Assembly: GCF_964355755.1 (NCBI RefSeq)
Contig: NC_092671.1
Location: forward strand, 23,696,070-23,760,069
DNA: 64,000 bases
Source: Antedon mediterranea
Lineage: Eukaryota; Animalia; Echinodermata
Direction: 5' to 3'
Of this stretch, positions 52,200-63,381 are shown in pieces. Position 1 is the stretch's first letter. Each line of letters starts with the position of its first letter. Below the pieces are notes generated by a model that saw only the letters and a program-made list of their open reading frames with translations, had not been told where the DNA came from and searched no databases. The position numbers and the translations under genes were made by a program.

Positions 52200-55100
52200 G
52201 TTTTTGGGATAGGATTCCATTATTATCAAGAGGTGTGTATAACGTTAGCAAAATGTTTTCAAAACGTAATGGTTTCATTACAACGTTATTGTTAATGTTC
52301 ATTTCACGTTAGTACTAAATGTTAAATCTAAACGGTTGTTGTAAATGTTTCAACGTTATCTAAAAAAGAATGTTTGGATGTTTCTAAAACGTTAGAAAAA
52401 TGTTAACATGTTATGTAATCGTTTGTTTTAAATTGTAAACGTTTGTATAACGTTAGCAACAACTTATTGAAATGTTGCTTGATGGTTTATTAGTACAACG
52501 TTATTGGGAACGTTCATTGCACGTTAGGCCAATGTTAAAAACAAATGTTATTTAGATGTCACATTTTAACGTTTATTGTAAATGTTATTTCAACGTTATT
52601 TCAAAGTTATGTTGATGTTATATTTGAACGTTATTGTAAACGTTTTTTTTTAACGTTAGCAAAATGTTACCCAAACGTTGTCTACTGGTTTACTTACAAC
52701 GTTATTGGGAACGTTCATTGCACGTTAGGCCAATGTCAAAAACAAATGTTATTTAGATCTCACATTTTAACGTTTATTGTAAATGTTATTTCAACGTTAT
52801 TTCAAAGTTATGTTGATGTTATATTTGAACGTTATTGTAAACGGTTTTTTAACGTTAGCAAAATGTTACCAAAACGTTGTCTACTGGTTTATTTACAACG
52901 TTATTGGGAACGTTCATTGCACGTTAGGCCAATGTTAAAAACAAATGTTATGTAGATGTCACATTTTAACGTTTATTGTAAATGTTATTTCAACGTTATT
53001 TAAAAAGTTATGTTGATGTTATGTTTGAACGTTATTGTTAACGTTTGTATAACGTTAGCAAAATGTTATCAAACCTTTTTATGATCGTTTAGTTACAACG
53101 TTATTGGGAACGTTCATTACACGTTAGGTCAATGTTTAAAACAAATGTTATGTAGATGTCACATTTAATGTTTATTGTAAATGTTATTTCAACGTTAGTT
53201 AAAAGTTATGTTGATGTTATATTTGAACGTTATTGTAAACGTTTTTTTTAACGTTAGCAAAATGTTATCAAAATGTTGTCTACTGGTTTACTTACAACGT
53301 TATTGGGAACGTTCATTAAACGTTAGGCCAATGTTTAAAACAAATGTTATGTAGATGTCACATTTTAACGTTTATTGTAAATGTTATTTCAACGTTATTT
53401 AAAAAGTTATGTTGATGTTATATTTTGAACGTTATTGTAAACGTTTTTTTAACGTTTGCAAAATGATATCAAAATGTTGTCTAATGGTTTATTTACAACG
53501 TTATTGGGAATGTTCATTGCACGTTAGGCCAATGTTAAAAACAAATGTTATATAGATGTCACATTTTAACGTTTATTGTAAATGTTATTTCAACGTTATT
53601 TAAAAAGTTATGTTGATGTTATATTTGAACGTTATTGTAAACGTTTTTTTAACGTTTGCAAAATGATATCAAAATGTTGTCTAATGGTTTATTTACAACG
53701 TTCTTGGGAACGTTCATTGCACGTTAGGCCAATGTTAAAAACAAATGTTATATAGATGTCACATTTTAACGTTTATTGTAAATGTTATTTCAACGTTATT
53801 TAAAGAGTTATGTTGATGTTATATTTGAACGTTATTGTAAACGGCTTTTTTAACGTTAGCAAAATGTTACCCAAACGTTGTCTACTGGTTTACTTACAAC
53901 GTTATTGGGAACGTTCATTACACGTTAGGCCAATGTTAAAAACAAATGTTATGTAGATGTCATTTTTTAACGTTTATTGTTAATGTTATTTCAACGTTAT
54001 TTAAAAGTTATGTTGATGTTATATTTGAACGTTATTGTAAACGTTTGTATAACGTTCGCAAAATGTTATCAATATGTTTTCTAATGGTTCATTTACAACG
54101 TTATTGGGAACGTTCATTGCACGTTAGGCCAATGTAAAAAACAAATGTTATATAGATGTCACATTTTAACGTTTATTGTAAATGTTATTTCAACGTTATT
54201 TAAAAAGTTATGTTGATGTTATATTTGAACGTTATTGTAAACGTTTGTATAACGTTAGCAACATGTTATTGAAATGTTGCTTGATGGTTTATTTACAACG
54301 TTATTGGGAACGTTCATTACACGTTAGGCCAATGTTAAAAACAAATGTTATATAGATGTCACATTTTAACGTTTATTGTAAATGTTATTTCAACGTTATT
54401 TAAAAAGTTATGTTGATGTTATATTTGAACGTTATTGTAAACGTTTGTATAACGTTAGCAACATGTTATTGAAATGTTGCTTGATGGTTTATTTACAACG
54501 TTATTGAGAACGTTCATTACACGTTAGGCCAATGTTAAAAACAAATGTTATGTAGATGTCATTTTTTAACGTTTATTGTTAATGTTATTTCAACGTTATT
54601 TAAAAGTTATGTTGATGTTATATTTGAACGTTATTGTAAACGTTTGTATAACGTTCGCAAAATGTTATCAATATGTTTTCTAATGGTTCATTTACAACGT
54701 TATTGGGAACGTTCATTGCACGTTAGGCCAATGTAAAAAACAAATGTTATATAGATGTCACATTTTAACGTTTATTGGAAATGTTATTTCAACGTTATTT
54801 AAAAAGTTATGTTGATGTTATATTTGAACGTTATTGTAAACGTTAGTATAACGTCAGCAACATGTTATTGAAATGTTGCTTGATGGTTTATTTACAACGT
54901 TATTGGGAAGGTTCATTACATGTTAGGCCAATGTTAAAAACAAATGTTATGTAGATGTCATTTTTTAACGTTTATTGTTAATGTTATTTCAACGTTATTT
55001 AAAAGTTATGTTGATGTTATATTTGAACGTTATTGTAAACGTTTGTATAACGTTCGCAAAATGTTATCAATATGTTTTCTAATGGTTCATTTACAACGTT

Positions 55101-56311
55101 ATTGGGAACGTTCATTGCACGTTAGTCCAATGTAAAAAACAAATGTTTTATAGATGTCACATTTTAACGTTTATTGTAAATGTTATGTTGATGTTATATT
55201 TGAACGTTATTGTAAACGTTTGTATAACGTTAGCAACATGTTATTGAAATGTTGCTTGATGGTTTATTTACAACGTTATTGGGAACGTTCATTACACGTT
55301 AGGCCAATGTTAAAAACAAATGTTATATAGATGTCACATTTTAACGTTTATTGTAAATGTTATTTCAACGTTATTTAAAAAGTTATGTTGATGTTATATT
55401 TGAACGTTATTGTAAACGTTTGTTTAACGTTAGCAACATGTTATTGAAATGTTGCTTGATGGTTTATTTACAACGTTATTAGGAACGTTCATTACACGTT
55501 AGGCCAATGTTAAAAACAAATGTTATGTAGATGTCATTCTTTAACGTTTATTATAAATGTTATTTCAACGTTATTTAAAAGTTATGTTGATGTTATATTT
55601 GAACGTTATTGTAAACGTTTGTATAACGTTCGCAAAATGTTATCAATATGTTTTCTAATGGTTTATTTACAACGTTATTGGGAACAACGTTAATTGCACG
55701 TTAGGCAAATATTATTTAAAACAGTTATGTAGATGTTGCTTTTCAATGTTATTGTGAATGTTTTACAGACGTTATATAAATATTATTTAGAACGTTAGAC
55801 AGATGTTGAGTTTGAACGTTATTTTATACTGTCTGATTATACGTTATCAGCATGTTATAAAAACATATTGATTGCAACGTTATTGTGAACGTTCAATTAA
55901 CGTTAGACAAATGTTACTGAATTAGTTTTGTAAATGTTACTTTTGGACATTATTGTAAACGTTATTCTAACATTAGATGAACGTTATCAAAACATGTTTT
56001 GTAATGGTTACATTTTGAATGTTATTGTAAATGTCCTTCAAACGTTACATAAACGTTATTATAAATGTTCTGTATGAGGTAAAACGTAACATTTTTTAGA
56101 ACGTTTATTTAACGTTAGGTAAATGTTAATAAAACAAGTTTGGAAAATGTTATATATTAACGTTATTATAAACGTTTTTACAACGTTGAAAGAATGTCCG
56201 ACGAATAAGTCTTGTTAAGTGAACGTTATGTTAATGTTCTTTTAACGTTCGTAGTGAACCTAACCAAACAATAACCAAAGAACGTTAGAAAAACGTTATG
56301 TGTTTGCTGGG
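52200..56311 (+). repeat. Right subterminal tandem array, ~200 bp unit, ~16 homogeneous copies with diverged edges
   Basis: GGGAACGTTCATT anchor about every 200 bp from 52506 to 55680. Confidence 0.95.
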
Positions 56312-57554
56312 TATTCAATTACACATTTAGCAAAGTACTTTAACCATATCCAGCTATGTATCGGTCTCTTGGATTGTCTCATTACAGACATCCATACACT
56401 GTGTGAACATACACATGATGTTTACTGTTACTGTGTTCAACTACATCACCAATCCTCCAAGAAAAAAACGTCAATTGTGGGAGAGTGGGGTTGGGAGATA
56501 GGGTTTGGGTTCAGGGGATTTTGCTTAGTAACACCAGAATTGTGGTTGGAAAATGTTAAAGTATTTAATCATCCCTGGGAAGCAGATGGGAGTTTGGGGT
56601 GGGGATGTAGGCCTATCACCATGACCGAAACTGTATTTGGAATGTTTTAAACTACATTTGAAAACTGCCACTGAGGGATTATGGGTTGGGAGTGATAATA
56701 ACATAATTTGTACTGGGGTGTAGTGTAGTAGGGGGAGGAGGAGCGAAAATACTAGCGTAATGAAGTAGCCTATATGATTGGATTGTACTAGGAAAAGTTA
56801 CTCAATTTGAACTGTCCAGGGGAGTACTCAATTTGAACTGTCCAGGGGAGGAGTTAAGGTTTGTTGATGGTGGCTGGGGTGGTGAAAGGAGAAAGAAGGC
56901 TGGGGGACCGCAGTATCTAAATTACATATTTTAATTATCAGCCAATATGACACCTATTCATTTACACAATTTACAACGTACCATTTAACCATTATTAGAC
57001 CCATCGTAGCTATGCATAGGCCTAGGCCTACTCCTCTCAATTCGAAGCTTAAGTTGAATTGAATTTGTCCATCACTGGGAAGAATTTGTTTTTAAGAAAG
57101 AGTAGGCCTATGGGGTGTTATTGAAGAGGGGTGGAGGTTGGCGAGTATAGACAGATACTGGCGTCGGGTGTTATGTACTGAGAAGGCTGTAAACTAATTT
57201 TGAAACCCGCCCTGGGGCGGGTATAATTGCTAGTAATCTATAAGAGGCCATTCATAACTCTTTGTTTGTTGGTGCCTCTGACCCTTCGTCGCCTTGCCTT
57301 GTAAATTGTACAGCCTTCTAAGGTGTTTTACAGAATGCTAATGACAGCTAATTAATTGCTGTACCTGTATAATATATGCACAATATACTGTACATAGCAT
57401 GTATTGCATAAATATGCTATAAAGAAAGATAATAATCTGTGACTTATAATAATATATCGCTAGACGAATATAATAACAATAAAGGACGCCCTCAATAATT
57501 ATTTTGTCAGAGACTTTTTATTGGCCGAATATATTTTCTCACAGAAAAATTTTT

Positions 57555-58640
57555 TTAAATAATAATTTATTGGAAACTTCACTTTTACAACAGAGGCACA
57601 CTTTGATGATAAAGTTGCGTCCAAATAACATAAAAGAATAAATAAAATTATTAACTTAAAAATAAATCAAAATGAATGAATGAAATACAAAACATAACTC
57701 TTACAAAAAAAAAAAAAAAAAATTAAATACTTTAAATCAAAATAAATAAATAAAACAAACTTAAGAGGAATAAAAATAAATAAAAATGTTTAGATACACA
57801 CAAAATAAATAATAAAATTAATTTCATGGTATGAATCAAAATAAAGAGTATAACGGTGTGTGTAATACTCAACACTAAGGCATAATAAATAAAATAAAAA
57901 GACAAAGATTACGAAACAGAAATCAAAATGACACACAAAAGTAGAAAAGCAGTTCAAAACACAACAGCATTGAAGTTATAAGTTTAAAAGAGCACAACGT
58001 TTCTTCCATAAAGATTTAGCCAATGATTTACAGAATTTGTCGATTAAAGACTTAATAATATTATCAAATAAATCATGGTCATTGCCTAGAATAAGAAGGG
58101 TTTTGTTGAATAAATCTAAATTCTGAAAATAGTCAAAGAGATAAAAAAGATTACATTCCAAAAGTTCTTGTTGGAATTTAGCAATTTGGTTTTTTCTCTC
58201 TTCTTCTAGAGCAGTACATGTTAGGAGAAAGTGCATAATGGTTTCTTCTTCATTTCTGTTGCACAATTTACAACAACCATTAGCATTAGGATCATTTGAC
58301 CATTTAGATGTTTTTCTTTCAAGGGGAAGGGTGTTTGATCGCAGCTTAAATTTTAACGATGCTCCTTCAAAGTCAATTTTATCAAGTAGATACTGTTCAA
58401 GTTTTGGTTCATTTTTTATATACATATAATGTTCAATTGACGTTTTACATTTACCGTCTTCAACCCAATGCGAGAGAGCTAGATTTTTCATAATTATTTT
58501 TGTATTGGAAGCCCAGTTTTGGCATCAAAGTTATCATTACCATTTCGAATATCAGAAAAAATATCATGTGTACCACAATTATCAATGATATTTCGAACAC
58601 ACAATGGAATTTTAAATGATAGATCATTAAAATTCTCTGT
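57555..58640 (-). mobile_element. LINE 3' fragment with C-terminal zinc motif (RTE-X-like), copy 2
   Basis: ORF 57976-58491 LKFKLRSNTLPLE...CKLCN..EEETIMHFLLTC; 3' UTR resembles 22770-22825 and 37592-37632. Confidence 0.8.
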
Positions 58641-58682
58641 CAATTTAACTAGTGTTTTCAGTAATTAAATTCAATCCTGATA

Positions 58683-60097
58683 TATGCCGAAACCCGGAAA
58701 TCCGATATATACCGGTTATATTTCCGGCACGATAATCCGATGAGAACTAAAGGGGTCGGAAAACACACGGCCAGTCTGTGGTCCGAGGGCGCTAGACATT
58801 TGGCCAGCCTGTGGCCGGCCCGAGGGCGCTAGCATGAAACACACGGCCAGTCTGTGGTTCTTCTTTTGGCCAGCCTGTGGTCCGAGGGCCTAGACATATC
58901 GGCCAGCCCGTGGTCCCGAGGGCGCTAGAGATAACTTTTCCATGCTTTTCTAAAGTGAAAGCTTACGTTAGAACATTATAATATGTTAATTCGACGTTTA
59001 TTACAATGGTTTGCATATATTCTAATAATTGATTATTCATTCTTCTAGAGTAAAAGCTAACTTTAGAGCATACATGTCAATTCAACATTTATTACAATGA
59101 TTTTCATATATCATGGAGTAAAGAACTTTACTACATGCATATATTCTTAGTAATTGATTGTTCATTCGTCTAGAGTAAAAGCTAACTTAAACTACAAAGA
59201 AGGAAAATAAAGTTTAAAATGAATTAATAAATGTTTGTGTTCATGGCTGCTATATCATACCACGTTAGATTTACTTCAAAATAATTGCTTGTTTGTACGC
59301 CTGTTCCGTTTAAACTACGAACTGGCTGCTTACATCTCTAAACTAATAACCAAAGATGACGATTCAAATATTAAATTTTTAATGATAATTAATATGCAAA
59401 AACAAAACGTTAATAAAACTGAACTGACTCGTAATTACTAATAAATGTTTATAGAGGATATTTTTATGATTTTAGATTGGTTCTTAACCAAGCCGATTTT
59501 AATATAGCATTAAAATCATTCTTATAGCAGGGAACATTTTCGCCAGTGTAGCGTAGCAAAAAGCTATACAAAACAACCTTATTGCTACACATTTTGAAAA
59601 TTGTGTAGCAAAAAATACAATACAAAACTATGTTTCTGGACTTAAAAATCAGTTTGATTAGCAATATTGCTAAACAAAATTTTTAAATGAAAATTTTCCC
59701 TGTTATAGGCTAATAAAAGCTAATTACGATTGACAATTGTTAGTGAAATATACATAATAACTAATCGTTATTTTTAAAAAAATAATCAGTCCATAAACTG
59801 ATGCCAATCTTGGATGGGATCGCCGGGCGAAATAAAACTGTTAATAAACGTTGGGTAGAGCCCTCTATAGTTTTGAAGAAAACGTGCGTGCTGCTGACAG
59901 AGCCATATTATATGGCTCTGCCTGCTGACAATTTTCTAGCGCCCTCGGGACCACAGGCTGGAAAAAGTCTTGCGCCCTTGGACCAAAAAAGAACTACAGA
60001 CTGGCCATGTGTTTCGACCCCTGCTCGATGAGAATGGGTATATGCCGGTAACGATACCGGCACGACGCCAGCATAATACCGGTATATTGCAGGCACA
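58683..60097. mobile_element. Non-autonomous TIR element with GGCCAGYCTGTGG/GAGGGCGCTAG subterminal repeats
   Basis: Motifs at 58765-58927 are inverted at 59936-60022; ends TATGCC.../...GGCACA; TSD not evident. Confidence 0.6.
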
Positions 60098-60460
60098 TCT
60101 ATGAGAAAGGGCGCTTTAGAGACATAAAACTAGGAGTAAGGAGTAAGAAAAGCATTTTTAATATTTTTTTGTATTTTTTATATTCGTATTTTAAAATAAT
60201 GTATATAGTCTGTATATAGGGTATAAATGAATTATATATAAAAAAAATACATACCAAAAATAATTATATAACATTACTCATTAGTAAATGTATCTTCTAC
60301 AGTACATTTATTAGTTAAGTGTTTACAATTTTAGATGTTGAGAATTATAGAAAAAAAAATATTAGAAAATTATGAAAAAAGGAGGATAAAAGAAAAGAAA
60401 TATTAATGTTCTGATTCTAACAGTAACATTAAAAAATCACATAATGTTATATATATATAT

Positions 60461-61901
60461 AACTTTATCCGCAAAATTAACCAAATTCAAAATTTACCTA
60501 ATAATTCTGTTCTGGCTACATTAGATGTTTTATCATTGTATACTAATATCCCTCACGAAGAAGGAGCCGACGCATGTATTTTAAATTACATACAAATTCC
60601 AGGCAAACGTCTACTAAAGCTCATTTACGAGAACTGGTCATGTTGATTTTAACCAACAACAATTTTATTTTTGGAAATGACCATTACCTTCAAATTCATG
60701 GCACAGCGATGGGCACAAAAATGGCGCCATCTTTTGCAAATTTATTTATGGGACAATTTGAGGCCAATTTTCTGTCCCTCCAACCAAATAAACCACTTGT
60801 TTGGTTTAGATACATTGACGACATCTTCATGATCTGGACTCATGGTGAAGATAATTTGGAATCTTTTCTTCTCAATATTAATTCAGCCCACCCAACTATC
60901 AAATTTACAGCTACCAAATCCACTAGTAGCGTGGATTTTTTGGACACTATAGTGACCATAGAAAATGGTACACTCAAAACTGACCTATTCCGTAAACCCA
61001 CGGATAAAAATATGTACCTGCTCCCTAGCAGTTGTCACCCCCGACACTGTACTAAAAACATACCGTACAGTCAAGCATTACGTATCAGACGTATCTGTTC
61101 TTCAGATTTAGATTTTCAGAATCGTACCGAAGAACTAACCGGACATCTCCGGAATAGAAATTACAAGAAGGAATAAATCGAAACTGCTATAAAGAAAGCA
61201 AAAGATATTCCTCGATGTCAAACACTGACGTACAAACTACGTCAGCCAAAAAATTCGACCAGAGTGCCATTGGTCACAACCTACCACCCTAGGTTGCCTC
61301 CATTACGGGCTATTATTGAGAAACATATGCCCATTCTACAGTCCACAGAACGTCTCAGGACTGTTTTTCCGGAACCACCCATTATTGCATTTCGTAGACC
61401 TCCCAACCTTCGTGACATATTAGTCAGATCCAAATTTAAGAGTGAAATTAACGCTCATGACAGCCAAAATTTGGGCAGTCACCTTTGCGGCAAATCTTGC
61501 AAAACTTGTTCATTGGTTGATTCTACTGAAAAATTTGAGAGTAACCAAACTGGCCGCATTTTCGGATAAGACAATCAATTAATTGTCTAACCAAAAACGT
61601 CATTTATCTCATATACTGTAGTATTTGTGGCAAACAGTACGTCGGAGGAACAAAAAACACTCTCCGTATGAGAATGACACAACATAGATCAGCTATCAAA
61701 ACATTAAAGCTTGATCAACCTGTAGCCGAACATTTTAATTCAGCTGGTCACTCGATTGCAAATTTCAGAGTTATTGCAATAGACCACGATGTCAAATGGA
61801 GCGACAAAACTCGCAAAGACAAAGAAAACCACTGGGAATTACTACTTAAAACCACAAAACCTTTTGGACTTAACATTAGGAACATACTCCCAGATCGGTA
61901 A
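60461..61901 (+). pseudogene. Penelope-like (Neptune-type) RT + GIY-YIG ORF, 5'-truncated, with two frameshifts and one stop
   Basis: TLDVLSLYTNIP, GTAMGTKMAP, WFRYIDD, FLD, SCHP, NIPYSQALRIRRICS, CGKSCKTC linker, VIYLIYCSICGKQYVG..., RMTQH, final GLN. Confidence 0.95.
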
Positions 61902-62124
61902 AATTATTCCATTGACTACCAAAATTTAAGTTTCAATATTAACCACCATTTAAGCTGTTTTTTAGTCTCATTCCAAAATTGTTTATATCTCTACCAAGCT
62001 ACCTTCTTTGTTTTCTACTCTTATTCAGACTCCACCCTGGCTCCCTTTGTTATATTTCTTTTCCTGTCCACCCAGGCAGAACTTGCCAGCTTTATACTAT
62101 GACGTTATCCAAATTCCTTCACTT

Positions 62125-62161
62125 GCACTGATGAAGGGCTAGTGTTGCCCGAAAGCTCTGC
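62125..62161 (+). ncRNA. Type I minimal hammerhead ribozyme, pLTR 1
   Basis: GCA-CTGATGA-A-GGGC-TAGTGTT-GCCC-GAA-AGCT-C^-TGC. Confidence 0.88.
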
Positions 62162-62413
62162 TAACTTTTCTGGCTGTTTACTTTATCGTTTTGATTTAGC
62201 TTTTCGCTTTTTATTTTTGTATCTCCATTGAGATCCAGTCATTTTTTTCAGTAATTTACTGAAAACAATGACAATGCTGTGGGTATCAGTGGCTGGATCA
62301 ATTTGATCTCTGTTGCGCGTGCGTACAACTGAGGACTAGTGCTGTTCCGCCGTACCACGCCGAGAATGTTAAAGAGTCGCTATCCAATCGAGTTCGAACA
62401 ATACCATTGGTAT

Positions 62414-62485
62414 TGGTTAGTGGTCTAATGGTTAGGACATCTGCATATCAAGCAGGCGGTCCGAGTTCGAGTCTCGGTTGGGGCG
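62414..62485 (+). tRNA. tRNA-like sequence with disrupted 5' acceptor strand
   Basis: A and B boxes intact; the first 5 nt are replaced. Confidence 0.5.
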
Positions 62486-62776
62486 ACTTTTTCTCATTCT
62501 CACAGATTTCCTCATCTTTATCGTTTCACATTAATTAATTAAATTTAGTATGTCATCGGGCGGTTTAGAATTAATGTTCTTTGCCTGTTGTGTTTATATA
62601 TATAAAAGTATCTCTTCGGAGATCCCGCCTCGTGAATAAAAATACTGAAAGATGAGGGCGTATCAATTTGATCTCTGTTGCGCGTGCGTACAACTGAGGA
62701 CTAGTGCTGTTCCGCCGTACCACGCCGAGAATGTTAAAGAGTCGCTATCCAATCGAGTTCGAACAATACCATGAAA

Positions 62777-62848
62777 GTCCCAGTGGTCTAATGGTTAGGA
62801 CATCTGCATATCAAGCAGGCGGTCCGAGTTCGAGTCTCGGTTGGGGCG
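62777..62848 (+). tRNA. tRNA-like cloverleaf (ATC)
   Basis: GTCCCAG/TTGGGGC, GTCT/GGAC, TCTGC-ATATCAA-GCAGG, CCGAG-TTCGAGT-CTCGG, then TTTTT. Confidence 0.65.
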
Positions 62849-63151
62849 ACTTTTTCTCATTCTCACAGATTTCCTCATCTTTGTCGTTTCAAAAATTAAT
62901 TAAATAATTTTCAGTGTATCACCGGGCGGTTGGGAATTTATTTCTATGCCTGTTGTGTTTATATAAATATAAAAAGTATCTCTCGAGATCCCGCTTAGTG
63001 AATAAATATACTGAATTATAGATGAGGGCGTATCATTTTGATCTCTGGTGCGCGTGCGTACAACTGAGGACTAGTTGTGTTCCAACCGTATACCACGCCG
63101 AGAATGTTAAAGGGTCGTTATCCGATCGAGTTAAAGAACAATACAATGAAA

Positions 63152-63223
63152 GCCTCAGTGGTCTAATGGTTAGGGCACCTGCATATCAAGCAGACGGTCC
63201 GAGTTCGAGTCTCGGTTGGGGCG
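63152..63223 (+). tRNA. tRNA-like cloverleaf (ATC), diverged copy
   Basis: GCCTCAG/TTGGGGC and GTCT/GGGC stems; intact T arm; TTTTT. Confidence 0.6.
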
Positions 63224-63344
63224 ACTTTTTCTCATTCTCACAGATTTCCTCATCTTTATCGTTTCAAAAATTAATTAAATAATTTTCAGTGTATCACCGG
63301 GCGGTTTGGAATTTATTTCTATGCCTGTTGTGTTTATATATATT

Positions 63345-63381
63345 GCACTGATGAAGGGCTAGTGTTGCCCGAAAGCTCTGC
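63345..63381 (+). ncRNA. Type I minimal hammerhead ribozyme, pLTR 2
   Basis: Identical to 62125-62161. Confidence 0.88.

Larger units (their letters stand above)
28342..56311. mobile_element. Giant (~28 kb) TIR element, CMC/EnSpm-like, with satellite arms
   Basis: CCCAGCAAACA...TGTTTGCTGGG termini, TA on both sides, AACGTT-rich subterminal arrays, and flanks that rejoin. Confidence 0.78.
27806..57233 (+). mobile_element. Non-autonomous Helitron (~1.45 kb) split into 27806-28341 and 56314-57233 by a 28 kb insertion
   Basis: A|TCTATA 5' end with (GTCT)n/(GTTT)n; 3' hairpin ACCCGCCC-TG-GGGCGGGT (57205-57222) then CTAG|T. The rejoined junction matches an internal repeat at 56928-56992. Confidence 0.75.
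62298..63342 (+). repeat. Three tandem tRNA-containing units (~300-375 bp)
   Basis: Units 62298-62600, 62601-62965 and 62966-63342, separated by short TA runs; the third is the most diverged. Confidence 0.92.

Noticed and set aside
52200-56311. CRISPR-like array, or repeated 63-136 aa ORFs
   Set aside because: Whole ~200 bp units repeat without unique spacers, there are no cas genes and the context is eukaryotic; the ORFs are by-products of the repeat.
62694-62765. CTGAGGA in the tRNA unit as a hammerhead core
   Set aside because: No stem II closing onto GAAA and no NUH with stem I; the motif is also missing in the 1.4 kb copy.
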